Below, in pieces: positions 19,501 to 33,700 of a stretch of 64,000 bases of DNA. The notes under the pieces were generated by a model. The model searched no databases and was not told the DNA's origin. It was given only the letters and a program-made list of their open reading frames with translations. The stretch is from assembly GCA_018823175.1 (NCBI GenBank), contig JAHJIY010000040.1, positions 16,888 through 80,887 on the forward strand, written 5' to 3'. Source of the DNA: Pseudomonadota bacterium. Lineage in GTDB: Bacteria; Desulfobacterota; Desulfobulbia; Desulfobulbales; JAHJIY01. The position numbers and the translations under genes are program-made. The stretch's first letter is position 1. Every line of letters begins with the position of its first letter.

Positions 19501-22500
19501 ATCAAATCCGACTCCCGCGTTGGTGAGAAAATCAGTTGAGGTGACCGTCAGGTTACCGCCGGTTGACTGGAGCCAGGCGCCGCCGCCCATAGTGTCATTG
19601 CCTTCCGTCGCATTGCCGGAGAATTCGCAATCCGTCACCGCAACCGGCGCCGCGCCGGTGACCACGGCCAGACCGCCGCCTCCCTCGTGAACCACATCGT
19701 TATAACCGTTTTGAAAGGTGATAGCGGAGATGTCAATCGCCGCCGCCGAATCATCGGCCAGGCCGGTGGTGTCGATCCGCAATGGACAAAACGTACCATC
19801 GCCGTCCAGGATGGTAACGCCTGCTCCGGCTCCCTGAATAATCAGCCCATGATTATCGGAACCAAAACCGCCCTGCCCCGGACTATAGAAATTGGTAGCC
19901 GCTACCAGGAAGGTGTTGCCCGAAATGGTGATCGTCACCTCGGCCGGAACATAGCTGGCGGCAATCAGGGCGCTGGCCAGATCACAATCGCCATCTGAGC
20001 AATCACCGTCCGAAGCCGGATTGACCGTAAAAGCCGTGAGATAGGTAAAGGTCGCGTTCACCGTACAGTCGGCAATCACCGGATCAGTAGTATAGGTCTG
20101 ACCAACCAGATTACCGCCGCAGGTACCGCCGGTAGTATCGATCATATAACCGGGATCCGGGGTGAGGGTAAAGGCGATGGTCTGATTTTGGCCCACCAAC
20201 TGATCGGAAGATGGGCTGATGGCGCCGTCCGCGCCGGCCGACGGAGTGACCAGAAAGTCGATCTCCTGGGCCAGGCTGTCAGCAGACGCGGCATGAGTAA
20301 CGTCACCGGAGTAATTGGCGCTGATAGTGTGCGCCCCCGGGGTGAGCGTTGCGATATCGCAAGAAGCCTGATCAGCGACAATGGCTACTGCAGAGCAGAA
20401 GGTAGTGGCGCCTTCGCTAAAATCCACCGTCCCGGTGGCACCACTGGTGACCGTGGCGGTAAAGGTCAGGGAGTCCCCAACATGGGCCGGATTGGTCCCG
20501 GCGGTTAAGGCCAGGGTGGTGGACGAGATCGGCAACGGAATATCCTTGACCGCTGTTACCGTCCAGGCCTGGTTGGTGGTGTCCTCGGCAGTTACGGTAT
20601 AGGTCACCGGCGCGGTAAAATCCTGGACCGCGCCGGAAAGCGGGCTGACCGTGGCCAGGGCTGAAACGGTAATCGCCGGGATCAGGGCCGTCACATCGGC
20701 ATTGGTGTACAGATGAAAGGTCACGGTATGGCCGCCCCCGTCAATGATGGTCACCCCGACCTGCCCGGGCACGGTGAAATCGGTGATCTCTTTGGCGCTG
20801 CTCTGATTAATAGTAAAAGACAAGGTCCTGACCGTGGAGCGGTTGAGGTAGGCATCCTCGCAAATCACATAAATTTTATAGGTACCGGCCGGATAGCCGC
20901 TGGTCTCAAAAGAGCTGTTTCGCCAGTTCCCCGCCGTATTATAAGCGGTTTGATCACTATAATATGCCGGATTACCAAGACTGTTCAGACCAGCCGCCAC
21001 CTGGTCGTTTGACGGCGTCCCGGTCCCCGATGGTTCAACGACAAACCTGATGGTCCCCGCCTCATCATAGGACATACTGAAACTGGCGATGGTCCCGGCA
21101 AAAGTAACCGAGGTATTGCCGGACCAGTTTGGCGGAGTCTGATCCTGCATGGTGGTGAAGGTGGTGCTGACAATGTTGGAGACATTGCCGGTCGGGTCGA
21201 TCCCCACCGCATAGACAATATAATCGGTTGAGTGCATAAGGCCACTGATCGTCGGGGTATAGGTCGTTCCGAAACCGTGAGCAACGTGACTGTCAATGAT
21301 AATCTCGCCGCCATTGGCCGGAGCTGGGTCCGTGTTTAATAAGACCAGAACAAACAGATCGGCGCTCTCATCGGAGCTTATTTCAAGCACCGCTGACAAA
21401 TCAGCCGGGGTGACATTATCGATAGCCACGGTCGGCGGGGTCACGTCTCCTGGATTCACCCCGGCCTTGACCAGCACCTCGATATTTTTCAAGGCGCCCG
21501 ATGGCCGCAGCGCGGTCATCATCACCTCGGTATCAACAGGCGGCGAGGTCATCGTGACCTGGCCGGTACCATTATCAATGGCCAATATCCCCGGCGGCAG
21601 CGCAGACCAGGTCGCGCCATCGGTCAACGGCACTATAAAATCATGACGAACCATGGCCACGTTATCACTCAGGGCGGGGACAGACACATTCTCCAGAAGA
21701 AAAACCGGCATAACCCCGGCCAGGGAACTTTCCGCCGCAACGGAAGCCGGCACGGCATCAAAGGCCGCAAGTCTTGGGTAGAGCCCCGCCCGAGCCTGCC
21801 AAACTAGGCCACTCCAGGCGGCAGGGATCGCCCCGACTCCGGTCATCTGAGAGGTAGTTTGGGCGGTGACCCCGGCAAAGGTGACGCTGTCCTGATCAAA
21901 GCCGTACCAAACCCCGGCGGCCTGGCCGTCGAACAGGCAATCGGTCATGGTGATCTGACTGGTGGTATTAACCATTCCGACCACGGCCCCTAATAAACTC
22001 CGCCCACTATTGGCCGTGGTTACCCGGCCGGCGGCATAACAGTTACTGACAGCAAGAGTCAGATTGGTCCCGCCGTAATGATGGATCTGACCGAGCAGGC
22101 CACCAACGTATCGGGTATACCAAGCCTCGTTATTAGCGCTGGTCAGGGCCAGATCGCAGGTGGAAAAACAATCGCTGATGGTCAGAGAGGTATTTGAAGC
22201 GTTGATCAGGGAAAGTTGGCCGATCAATCCGCCAAGTTCACCGGTATTGGCGGCGGAATGAATCCGACCGGTAACGAAACAGCCGGTCAAACTGGAAGAC
22301 CCGGAAAATCCGTCAATCCCCCAGTAACCGACCAAACCGCCACCCATGGTAATCAACCCGTCCACATTGACCTCAACCAACCCAAGATTTTTAATAGTTA
22401 CCGGACCGCTGTTGGTATTAATCCAACCGAACAGGCCGAACTCCTCCCAGGTGGTAGCGTAATGGGTCATATTTTTAATGACGTGACCGTTACCGTCAAA

Positions 22501-22827
22501 GTTGCCCTTGAACCGATTGCTGTTGGTGCCGATCATCTGCCAGGTGCGGCCGGCCAGATCAAGGTCGGCGTCGAGCCGGATATATTTATTAACAAAACTG
22601 TTACCGGCGTTAACCAGCGAAGCCAGTCCCGCCAGCTCCGCCTCGGTATCGATCACGTATGGGTCGACCGCTCCGCCCTGCCCCAAACCGGTCTGGGTAG
22701 CGTACCACGTCGTTTCCGGCACTCCGGCATCCTGCCAGCTGGCCGCATCCGCTCTCCGTACCGGCATGACAACCAGCAGCAAGATTGCCATGATCAGTCC
22801 CACCAAAAATCCTGTTCGTTTCAGCAT
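16525..22827 (-). CDS. Giant secreted surface protein 1 (~2100 aa): GLUG-motif region, Ig-like domains, parallel beta-helix, 5 InlB-B-repeat-like domains, TSP3-like Ca-binding repeats, shared CTD
   Basis: The track ORF starts at TTG 22845. ATG 22827 is preferred (GAGGAGG 9 nt upstream) and gives MLKRTGFLVGLIMAILLLVVMPVRRADA. GLUG-type GGLVG/GGLIG/GGLLG; NNTFKNN../GGGL beta-helix turns ending DMGAFE; repeated YTVT..GGSI.P....GGTCGG...DC.V.ATF; DRDHDGIPDADDLCPDDPENDADGDGVCGD. Confidence 0.9.
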   Translation of the reverse strand: MLKRTGFLVGLIMAILLLVVMPVRRADAASWQDAGVPETTWYATQTGLGQGGAVDPYVIDTEAELAGLASLVNAGNSFVNKYIRLDADLDLAGRTWQMIGTNSNRFKGNFDGNGHVIKNMTHYATTWEEFGLFGWINTNSGPVTIKNLGLVEVNVDGLITMGGGLVGYWGIDGFSGSSSLTGCFVTGRIHSAANTGELGGLIGQLSLINASNTSLTISDCFSTCDLALTSANNEAWYTRYVGGLLGQIHHYGGTNLTLAVSNCYAAGRVTTANSGRSLLGAVVGMVNTTSQITMTDCLFDGQAAGVWYGFDQDSVTFAGVTAQTTSQMTGVGAIPAAWSGLVWQARAGLYPRLAAFDAVPASVAAESSLAGVMPVFLLENVSVPALSDNVAMVRHDFIVPLTDGATWSALPPGILAIDNGTGQVTMTSPPVDTEVMMTALRPSGALKNIEVLVKAGVNPGDVTPPTVAIDNVTPADLSAVLEISSDESADLFVLVLLNTDPAPANGGEIIIDSHVAHGFGTTYTPTISGLMHSTDYIVYAVGIDPTGNVSNIVSTTFTTMQDQTPPNWSGNTSVTFAGTIASFSMSYDEAGTIRFVVEPSGTGTPSNDQVAAGLNSLGNPAYYSDQTAYNTAGNWRNSSFETSGYPAGTYKIYVICEDAYLNRSTVRTLSFTINQSSAKEITDFTVPGQVGVTIIDGGGHTVTFHLYTNADVTALIPAITVSALATVSPLSGAVQDFTAPVTYTVTAEDTTNQAWTVTAVKDIPLPISSTTLALTAGTNPAHVGDSLTFTATVTSGATGTVDFSEGATTFCSAVAIVADQASCDIATLTPGAHTISANYSGDVTHAASADSLAQEIDFLVTPSAGADGAISPSSDQLVGQNQTIAFTLTPDPGYMIDTTGGTCGGNLVGQTYTTDPVIADCTVNATFTYLTAFTVNPASDGDCSDGDCDLASALIAASYVPAEVTITISGNTFLVAATNFYSPGQGGFGSDNHGLIIQGAGAGVTILDGDGTFCPLRIDTTGLADDSAAAIDISAITFQNGYNDVVHEGGGGLAVVTGAAPVAVTDCEFSGNATEGNDTMGGGAWLQSTGGNLTVTSTDFLTNAGVGFDPDGGGAYVRSANGTVAVSDCNFADNSISGQAGIFGGGLMVWADNNTVTVNNNTFKNNRATTDNSGNNDPASGGGLAVYAVTSDVTIDGNDLIGNIASGVIPGAANGGGLGIKVDAGNALITNNLIAGNLSENGAAGGVGVAAGLGNIVITNNTIYGNTAGLVGGGGGIALYYNSSSADIYNNIFWDNEIGVGGPPQALIVALAPVGAPSPDLYVDSDADLDGTGSAVRLYNNDLTTSEVITNTDSFTSGANLSADPLLMGGDPTQINYYYLQVGSPCLNTGANGAPALTLTDFNGHPRIIDGIVDMGAFEVFRPKLTVVISPAGGGTISSLSPPGIDCPGDCEEEYPDGSYIDMYGAANPHYQLDSISGCGGYQMGIQFIIDALSSDCVVTATFTPEQYTVTPSVGVGGSISPVNAQIVDYNTSTDFTIIPAAGFHLVTPVGGTCGGTYTGDPNNATTGVIYTTTAVTADCSVDATFADNQYTVTASAGGGGSINPVGTQTVLHNATPSFTIIPGNGYHLVTPVGGTCTGGYVGNPSDSTSGVVYTTNAIIADCAVAATFAANSVSPPSGSQYTVTPAAGSGGAINPVTPQTVNENEVYSFAVTPDSGYAIQSVSGCGGAMSGAGHYITGPMVADCTVSATFALVPDRDHDGIPDADDLCPDDPENDADGDGVCGDLDAYPYDPGLYRDGILRVDFERTDGIDAVDNLVDGMPSLDVTYHFMAELYYSTTTSVWLILDGYPVRMDCGPEPVNFNARVECTYDTRLGPAGYHEYRVELRGEEEYDPEIDPLLASGNLPGPVIELLNGANMVGLAKALLEEIGLEDLLGSSRIFGWISNGISTAGNNGYFAPYDNNWFNVPGQGYFMHREDLPSLPDLHEYPEYVEPEFTMDLTPGWNIITNPYGGQVLLSEVKVRRNDEDPLAWTGACAGNFLINAIYTYQGDDWGGVYSFESAGAAPDALLIPWRAYWIYVVQDDADYKLIIPNPFTEIAR
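16528..17448 (-). other. Shared ~300-aa C-terminal domain (CTD), copy in giant 1
   Basis: The last 307 aa align along their whole length with the C-termini of the ORFs ending at 30753, 38888 and 49184. Shared blocks: [77 protein letters not shown]. Confidence 0.85.
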
Positions 22828-22942
22828 CGATCCAATCCTCCTCAACCTTCTTATTCAGCCAATTATTTCATTTTCCCGATCAATATCGGCTTTCTCTAAT
22901 AACTTTCGCTAAAACATTTACCTTTAATACCCAGCAAATAAG

Positions 22943-22958
22943 AGCAACTATTATGCCA
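22943..22958 (-). promoter_or_regulatory. Sigma-54 (-24/-12) promoter for giant gene 1
   Basis: The minus strand reads TGGCATAATAGTTGCT, i.e. GG-N10-GC with canonical spacing and 13 of 16 consensus-type positions (TGGCAC-N5-TTGCW). It lies ~115 nt upstream of ATG 22827. Palindromes TGGCCGAAAGCCA (23049-23061) and GGCATTATGCC (23144-23154) lie 90-190 bp further upstream. Confidence 0.6.
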
Positions 22959-23311
22959 CCGAACACCAATACCAAATTAACGCAATGATAACAAAGAGTT
23001 ACATGAAACAATCCACACCAACAAAAGGAGACAAAGGGTCGCAACCTCTGGCCGAAAGCCAGTCAAGATATTATAAATAATTAAATTATTACAACAAGTT
23101 ACCAGTAAAAGACAAAAGTAGTGGGCTGGACAAAAGTTACGGGGGCATTATGCCGAAATAAAGAGTGGATCAACTTTAAACTTTCCAGATCTGCCAATGG
23201 TTGAAGCCGCCGGTCATTTTGGATCTTGCACCCATCCATGTGTTTGGCTATTATGGCGAAAATAAAGTTCATCCAACTAATCGGAAAATTCACCGAGGAC
23301 AGGCCAGGCCC

Positions 23312-26860
<3,549 letters not shown>

Positions 26861-26926
26861 AAATTATAAATATTAAAATAACCAGCTCAACTAACCAACA
26901 TTAGCTGAAACACTTTTTATCATTTT

Positions 26927-28129
26927 ATGAAAAACTTCAATGAATGCCGCCTGCTCCTGGTTGATGACACCAGGACCAATATCGATATCCTGGTCAACGG
27001 ACTCAAGGATCTCTATAAACTTAGCATCGCCATGGACGGGGAGACGGCGCTTAACATCGTCAAGGCCCAAAGACCGGATTTGATCCTGCTTGATATCATG
27101 ATGCCGGAGATAGACGGCTACGAGGTTTGTAGAATCCTCCAGGAAGACCCGGAAACCAGCGGCATCCCGATCATCTTTCTTACCGCCCTCGACCATGCGG
27201 CAGACAAGGCCGCCGCCTTTGAACAGGGCGCCGTGGACTATATCACCAAGCCCTTTGAAATGATCGAGGTCAAGGCCCGGATCAAGACCCACCTGAGCCT
27301 GAAACTCTCCCGGGAAGAGATGGTCCGAATGCATGAAGAGGAAATGCTCCAGGCCGCCAAAATGATCTCCATCGGCACTCTGGTCGCCGGCATGGGCCAC
27401 GAGATCAACAACCCGACCGCCTACATTCTTTCCAACACCTATAATCTGCAGCGGATCTGGGGCGACCTCGGCCGCATTCTGACCGACCATCGAGAGACCC
27501 TGGCCGAATGCGCCATAGGCAACCTCACATATGAGGATCTGCTGGAAACCATGCCCCAGCTGCTGACCGGAATCAGGGAGGGGGCCGAGCGGATTAACCG
27601 GACCGTGGCCGGGCTCAAGGATTTCGCCCGCAAGGAAAAAACCGACCCGGACCACTATCAGCCCGTATACCTAAACGATGTGGTGGATAAAGGGCTGACC
27701 CTGATGGCCGGTCAGATCAAAAAATATACCAATAACTTCCGGATGGACCTCGGCCTTGATCTGCCGGCGGTAAAAGGAAGTTTTCACCAGATGGAACAGG
27801 TGCTGATCAACCTGTTGTTAAACGGCGCTCAGGCCCTGACCGACAAGGGGCAGGCCCTCCGACTGACGACCACCTACGACCTGAAAAAAGAAGAGGTCCG
27901 ACTGACCATCATTGATGAAGGGGAAGGCATGGACCAGGAAAGACAGAAACGAATTTTCGAACATTTTTTCACCACTAAGACCGAAGACAAAGGGACCGGA
28001 CTCGGCCTTGCCATTACGGCCAAAATCATCAAGGATCATAACAGCCGGATCGAAGTCGCTTCGACCCCCGGCCAAGGCACCATGATCACCGTATCTTTTC
28101 CAGCCCTCCGTGAAGAAATCAGGGGATAA
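26927..28129 (+). CDS. Response-regulator receiver fused to a histidine kinase core (REC-HisKA-HATPase)
   Basis: 400 aa. LLLVDDTRTN...LILLDIMMPEIDGYEV is the receiver; VAGMGHEINNP is the H-box; DEGEGM and GTGLGLAI are HATPase motifs. Confidence 0.9.
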   Translation: MKNFNECRLLLVDDTRTNIDILVNGLKDLYKLSIAMDGETALNIVKAQRPDLILLDIMMPEIDGYEVCRILQEDPETSGIPIIFLTALDHAADKAAAFEQGAVDYITKPFEMIEVKARIKTHLSLKLSREEMVRMHEEEMLQAAKMISIGTLVAGMGHEINNPTAYILSNTYNLQRIWGDLGRILTDHRETLAECAIGNLTYEDLLETMPQLLTGIREGAERINRTVAGLKDFARKEKTDPDHYQPVYLNDVVDKGLTLMAGQIKKYTNNFRMDLGLDLPAVKGSFHQMEQVLINLLLNGAQALTDKGQALRLTTTYDLKKEEVRLTIIDEGEGMDQERQKRIFEHFFTTKTEDKGTGLGLAITAKIIKDHNSRIEVASTPGQGTMITVSFPALREEIRG

Positions 28130-28174
28130 AAAATTGACGAAAGTAAACATTTTATGCGAGAGGAATAATCAAAG

Positions 28175-29596
28175 ATGGGCGTGATCAAACATCCGACCCA
28201 ACCAATTCTGCTGGTCGATGATGAAAAACAGGTACTGGTCGCCTTTGCCGCCGAACTCCGCCTGGGCGGGTTTAACAACATCATGACCTGCGACGACAGT
28301 CGCCGGGTAGTTGAGATCGTCGCCACCGAAAAACCGGCGCTGCTTCTCCTTGACCTGTCCATGCCCGGCAAGGACGGGCGGGAGGTGCTGGCTGAAGTGA
28401 CCGAAGGCTGGCCGGAGATTCCGGTGGTCATGATCACCGCGGTGGCCGACACCCGGACCGCGGTTGACTGCATCAAGGCCGGGGCCTTTGATTATCTGAC
28501 CAAGCCGATGGAAGAAGGACGGCTGGTGACCACGGTCGACCGCGCCCTGGCCATGGTCGAGATCAGAAGCGAGATCTCTTCCCTCAGAGAACGGATGCTG
28601 GCCGGGCCCCTGAACCATCCCGAGGTTTTCGCCGACACCATCACCACCGACCCGACCATGCTCGGCATCTTCCGATATATCGAATCCGTGGCCCAGAGCA
28701 TGCAGCCGCTCCTGATCACCGGCGAAACCGGGACGGGCAAGGAACTGATCGCCCAGGCCACCCATAACTTAAGCGGCCGGGACGGCGCCTTTGTCCGGGT
28801 GAACGTGGCCGGAGTTGACGACAACATCTTCGCCGACACCCTGTTCGGCCATCGCAAAGGGGCATTCACCGGAGCGGATTCCACCAGGCGCGGAATGATC
28901 GAACAGGCCCGGGGCGGCACCCTTTTTCTCGACGAAATCGGCGACCTGAGCCAGATCTCACAGGTCAAGCTGCTGACCCTGCTCCAGGAAGGGGAATACT
29001 TCCCGCTGGGGCAAGACACGCCGGTAAAAACCGATGTCCGGATCATCGTCGCCACCCATCGCAATCTGCCGGCCCAGGTCGAAGCCGAGACCTTCCGCCG
29101 CGATCTCTATTATCGACTGCAGACCCACCTGGTCCACCTGCCACCCTTGCGAAAACGAACTGACGATCTGCCGCTGCTGGTGGAACATTTTTTGACCACC
29201 GCGGCAACGTCTTTGAAAAAAAGGAAACCCACCCCGCCCCGGGAACTTTATCAGCTTCTGGGAAGTTATCATTTCCCCGGCAATATCCGGGAACTGCGCT
29301 CCATGGTTTTCGACGCCGTGAGCCGCCATCAATCAGGGGTCCTCTCGTTGATCGCCTTTAAGGACCACATGCGGCAATCATCAGCGACGCTGCCAAACCC
29401 AATCAATTCAGAAATCAAGCGAGAAGAGGGTAATACCTTTACAACCTGGGCCAAACTGCCCACCCTCAAGGAAGCGAACGAAAAACTGGTCAGTGAGGCC
29501 CTGCATCGGGCCGATGGCAATCTAACCGTGGCCGCCGACACTCTTGGCCTTTCAAGACAGGCCCTGGCTAAAAGGTTGAAGCGCGGCGATCAGTGA
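28175..29596 (+). CDS. Sigma-54-dependent transcriptional activator (NtrC/Fis family: receiver + AAA+ + HTH)
   Basis: 473 aa. Receiver ILLVDDEKQ..LLLLDLSMPGKDG; Walker A GETGTGKE; sigma-54 contact loop GAFTGA; C-terminal Fis-type HTH NLTVAADTLGLSRQALAKRLKR. Confidence 0.92.
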   Translation: MGVIKHPTQPILLVDDEKQVLVAFAAELRLGGFNNIMTCDDSRRVVEIVATEKPALLLLDLSMPGKDGREVLAEVTEGWPEIPVVMITAVADTRTAVDCIKAGAFDYLTKPMEEGRLVTTVDRALAMVEIRSEISSLRERMLAGPLNHPEVFADTITTDPTMLGIFRYIESVAQSMQPLLITGETGTGKELIAQATHNLSGRDGAFVRVNVAGVDDNIFADTLFGHRKGAFTGADSTRRGMIEQARGGTLFLDEIGDLSQISQVKLLTLLQEGEYFPLGQDTPVKTDVRIIVATHRNLPAQVEAETFRRDLYYRLQTHLVHLPPLRKRTDDLPLLVEHFLTTAATSLKKRKPTPPRELYQLLGSYHFPGNIRELRSMVFDAVSRHQSGVLSLIAFKDHMRQSSATLPNPINSEIKREEGNTFTTWAKLPTLKEANEKLVSEALHRADGNLTVAADTLGLSRQALAKRLKRGDQ

Positions 29597-29700
29597 CGAG
29601 TTACGCATAACAAGACTGAATCTCCCCGCGGCAGGTAAGGTCGCCTGCGACACTCCGAGCCACGGGGAAGCGCAGTATGCTAATCTTCAATCGAAAATTC

Positions 29701-30177
29701 TCATAAGGGCGGCGGCGGCGAAATCAGGCCAACCTGAAACTGCCAGCTGAATTCCTTGTTCTGAACATTTCCATCGGCATCGATAATCTCGCCGGAAATC
29801 GTTGCCGTATAGTAATAACTGGCAAACAGCGGGGCGTCGGGGACGAACTTGCCTTTTCTTTCTTCCGCAATATAGCTGATGGTACCGGTGACCGACTGGA
29901 CCCCGGAGGTATCGTCAGTCAGAGTGGCGGTAAGGCTCGTAAGGGTGGCGCCATCCACCGCCTCGTTAAAGATCACATAAATTCCGTTATCCTGCAGATC
30001 GGAGGCATAGACCGCCTGCTCGTTTGAGTCTGGATAATAAGAAACCACCGATAAAGAAGGGACCGGGTCAGGGTTTGTGCCATTATCATCCGGAACAACG
30101 TCGTCATACTTGCTGCCACCATCACAGCCGACGAATAATAAGGCCAAAATTGCGACCACGATCATCTTAATTTTCAT
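29701..30177 (-). CDS. Lipoprotein with SbsA/Big_5-like Ig domain (cassette 2, family L)
   Basis: ATG 30177 gives MKIKMIVVAILALLFVGC (the track ORF extends to 30222). About 60-70 percent identical to the copies at 15417 and 37824. RBS GACAGGAG is conserved with copy 3. Confidence 0.8.
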   Translation of the reverse strand: MKIKMIVVAILALLFVGCDGGSKYDDVVPDDNGTNPDPVPSLSVVSYYPDSNEQAVYASDLQDNGIYVIFNEAVDGATLTSLTATLTDDTSGVQSVTGTISYIAEERKGKFVPDAPLFASYYYTATISGEIIDADGNVQNKEFSWQFQVGLISPPPPL

Positions 30178-30282
30178 CTCAAATCTCCTGTCAATAATTA
30201 GAACACAAACAACAACAATCATTCATCACGATGGTTACGATAAAAAATACATCCCTCGACGCACCAGATGTTCCAGCTTTTT

Positions 30283-30756
30283 TCAGTTATCTCTTTTTAC
30301 CCGAACCAGAAATTCCGAGTGTAAAGCCGATGGCACAATATAAATTGAAACGTCCGCCATCGCCACCTTTTCGCCCTGCTCCTGGTCAATCAACTCAAGC
30401 CAACACCCGGCCGGTAGTCCGGCCTGGTCCCAGCTGATGGTCACCGCCGTTTCAGAGGAGGTATCCACCACCAGCCGCCACTCCTCAAGATTATGACCGG
30501 TCCCCCTAATATCACGCCACAAGGAACCGCCGCCGTCGATAAAACGGGCCTGCAGGTCGCCGGAGAGCATGGCCGGCACATCATAACGACCATCTTTGTC
30601 AGCGGTGGCGTCAAACTTGGCCCCGAATGAGACCCGACTCTTTGCCGAACCGGCGCTGATCGCCAGATTAACCTCCCACTCCGGCCCGGCCTGGGCCAGG
30701 GAAGGGAGGAACAGTAATATTGCTAAGACCGAAAATATTGTCTGTCGGATTTTCAT
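30283..30756 (-). CDS. 157-aa secreted protein of unknown function (cassette 2, family S)
   Basis: MKIRQTIFSVLAILLFLPSLAQA is the signal peptide. ATGA overlap with the giant gene stop (30753-30756). About 75 percent identical to the copy at 16055-16528. Confidence 0.75.
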   Translation of the reverse strand: MKIRQTIFSVLAILLFLPSLAQAGPEWEVNLAISAGSAKSRVSFGAKFDATADKDGRYDVPAMLSGDLQARFIDGGGSLWRDIRGTGHNLEEWRLVVDTSSETAVTISWDQAGLPAGCWLELIDQEQGEKVAMADVSIYIVPSALHSEFLVRVKRDN

Positions 30757-33700
30757 CTTATTGTCTCCATAAAAGGGTTCGGAATTATCAATTTATACTC
30801 GGCATTATCCTGAACCACATAGACCCAGTAAGCCAGCCAGGGAACAAGTTTGGCCCCATGGTCACCGTCGGCGCTCTCAAACCCGTAAATCGAACCCCAG
30901 TCTTCACCCTGATAGAAGTAGATCGCATTGAAGAGGAGATTGTCGCCACAGGCCGCAAGCCAAGGAATCGGCGCTTCATCATTAACCTGAACCGAGACCT
31001 GACTCAAGAGGACCTGGCCGCCGTACGGATTGGCAATCAGATTCCAGCCCGGAGTAAGCGTCATGACGAACTCAGGTTCGCTGAGGTCAGGATAGCTGGA
31101 AAAATCCGGCAAAGAGGCCTGATCCTGCCTCCTCATGAAATAGCCCCGGCCCGGCGTATTTTCGCAGGAGCCGGCGCAAGGCTCGTAATAACCGTTGTTA
31201 CTGATTCCGGAAAGGCCGGTGGAGATCCAGGTGTAGATCGAATCGCTGCCCAAAAGATCAGCCAGACCGGTTTCGCCGAAGGCCCGGGCCAGTCCCACCA
31301 TGTTGGCGCCGTTTAACAGTTCGACCTGCGGCCCCGGATACTGGTCACTCACCAGCAGTGGTTCTTCGACCGGATCATAATCGATACCGGTTCGGATCTC
31401 GGCATGGTAGTTATGGTTGGCGCTTGGTCCCAGCTGCCGCTCAACGGTGCAGGTCACCGGCAGTGAAAAGTCAACCGGCTCCGGTCCGCAATCCATGACC
31501 ACCGGATAACCGTCGAGAATCAGCCAGACACTGCCGGCTGCCGGTGCAAAGAAGTTAGCGGTGAACCGGTAGGTTATGTCCGATTTGGGAATACCCTCAA
31601 TCAGATTATTGTTCGCATTGCCGTCGTCCGTCCTGCTGATCATGAGCCAGTCGTCTCCGTTGCTGTCTCCGTCGGGAGGGTCGGTCGGGGTGGGAGTATC
31701 ACCATCGCTGTTGGCCAGGACAGTAAAGCTCTGCGCAATATTCGAGGCGGCATAGTCGGCGTCACCCGCCTGGGCGGCGGTGATTGAACAGATACCGGCC
31801 CCGACGATACTGACCGTGCTGCCGCTCACCGTACAGACCGTGGTGGTGGTTGAGGCGAAGCTGACTGCCAGACCGGAGGTAGCGGTGGCGCTCACCGTAA
31901 AGTCCGGGTCGCCGTAAGTCTTGTCGGCCAGGGCAGTAAAGGTGATGGTCTGGTTCTTCTTATTGACGCTGAAACTCCGGGTCACATCCGGCGCTATGTT
32001 GTAGTCGGCGTCACCCGCCTGGGAGGCGGTAATGGAGCAGGCGCCGGGCGCCACCAGATGAACGGTGCTGCCACTCATCGTGCAGACCCCGGTGGTGGTC
32101 GAAACAAAACTTACGGTGAGCCCGGAGGAAGCCGAGGCGCCGACAGTAAAGTCCGCATCGCCAAAGGTCTTATCAGCAAGGGGATTAAAGGTGATGGTCT
32201 GATCACCCTTGTTGATCGTCAGGAGGGCGTCGATATGAGAAATATCGTAGCCCATCTGATCCGACCAGAGATCGGGGAGATAGCTGCCGATGGCGAGGGC
32301 TCCGTTATACGGAGCGGCCAGGTTGAAAAGGTGGCCCGAGGAGTCGGCCCCGGCTACGGAATAGGAGGGATTGGTGAGGGCATTGGTATAGGGCACGCCG
32401 TCATAGCCCTTGACGACGTTGTCCGCAGTCACCGTCAGCGGCGTGAGGAAGCCACGCAGCAGCGGATAGGTGGAGCCGTCGTAGATGCGCCAGGTGGCGC
32501 CGCTGCCGCCGCTGTCGTCGATGCTCCAGCCGGCACCGCTGAAGGTGGCGAGGCTCTGCATCTCGGCGGTGGTGAGGCCGGTGCCGGCGGCGCTGGTCGC
32601 CTGGCCTGATGTCTGGGTGTCCCAGAAGCTGGTGTTGACGATGCCGGTGCTGATCCCCACCAGCCCGCCGATTCCGCTGACGATTCCGCTGACGATTCCG
32701 GTGGCGTAGGCGTTGCTGATGGTGCCCGCGCCGTAGTTGCCCCCCACCAGCCCGCCGACATAGTTGGAACCGTTGACGCTGCCGGTGGCGTAGGCGTCGG
32801 TGATGGTGCCGGTGCTGGACCCCGCCAGCCCGCCGACATAGTTGGTGCCGCTGACGTTGTCGGTGGCGTAACTGGTGTTGATCGTACCGCCGTAGTTTCC
32901 ACCCACCAGCCCGCCGACCTCGGAGCCGCTAGCTGTGACGCTGCCGGTGGCATAGCTGGTGCTGATCGTACCGTTGGTGGCACGTCCCACCAGGCCGCCG
33001 ACCATGGTTTGCCCTGTGATCGCGGTGGCGACGTAGCTGTTGCTGATGCTGCCGGCGTAGTTCCACCCCGCCAGCCCGCCGACATAGTTGGTGCCGCTGA
33101 CGCTGACGCCCACCAGCCTGATGTCGCCCAGGCTGCCCTCGTTCACGCCGAATAGGCCGACATTGTCGCTCCCCACGCGGTTGATGGTCAGGTCGGTGAT
33201 GGTGTGATTCACCCCGTCAAAACTGCCCGTAAAGGGGGTGGATAAGTTACCCACCGGCGCGAAGCCCGCGCCGGCGTTCCAGGTGGCGGTGGCGGTGGCG
33301 TCGATGTCGTTAGCCAGTTGATAGGCGTTGCCCGGCATGCCGCTGCTACCCATGCCCTGCAGGCCGTAGACGTCGGTGAGCTGGTACGGGGTGGCGCCGC
33401 TGCCGTTGCCTGACAGGGCGCGGATGAAGGTGCCGCCGGAAATGCCGAAGTCGTAGACGTCGAAGGCGGGCAGGCCGGCGGCGATCTGGTTCCAGGTGCC
33501 GCCCTGCAGGTCGAATACCGCGCTGCCGGTGCCGCTGACCGGGGCCGTGTCGGTGATGGCGCCGCTGGTGTTGATGTTGAGCGTGCCGCTGGTCCAGGTG
33601 ATGGCGTTGGTCAACGCGATGTCGCCCGCCGCGCTGCCGGGGGTGCTGATGCTGCGGGCGGTGATCAGGTCGTAGCCCTGTTGGGTTGAATAAAGGCCCT

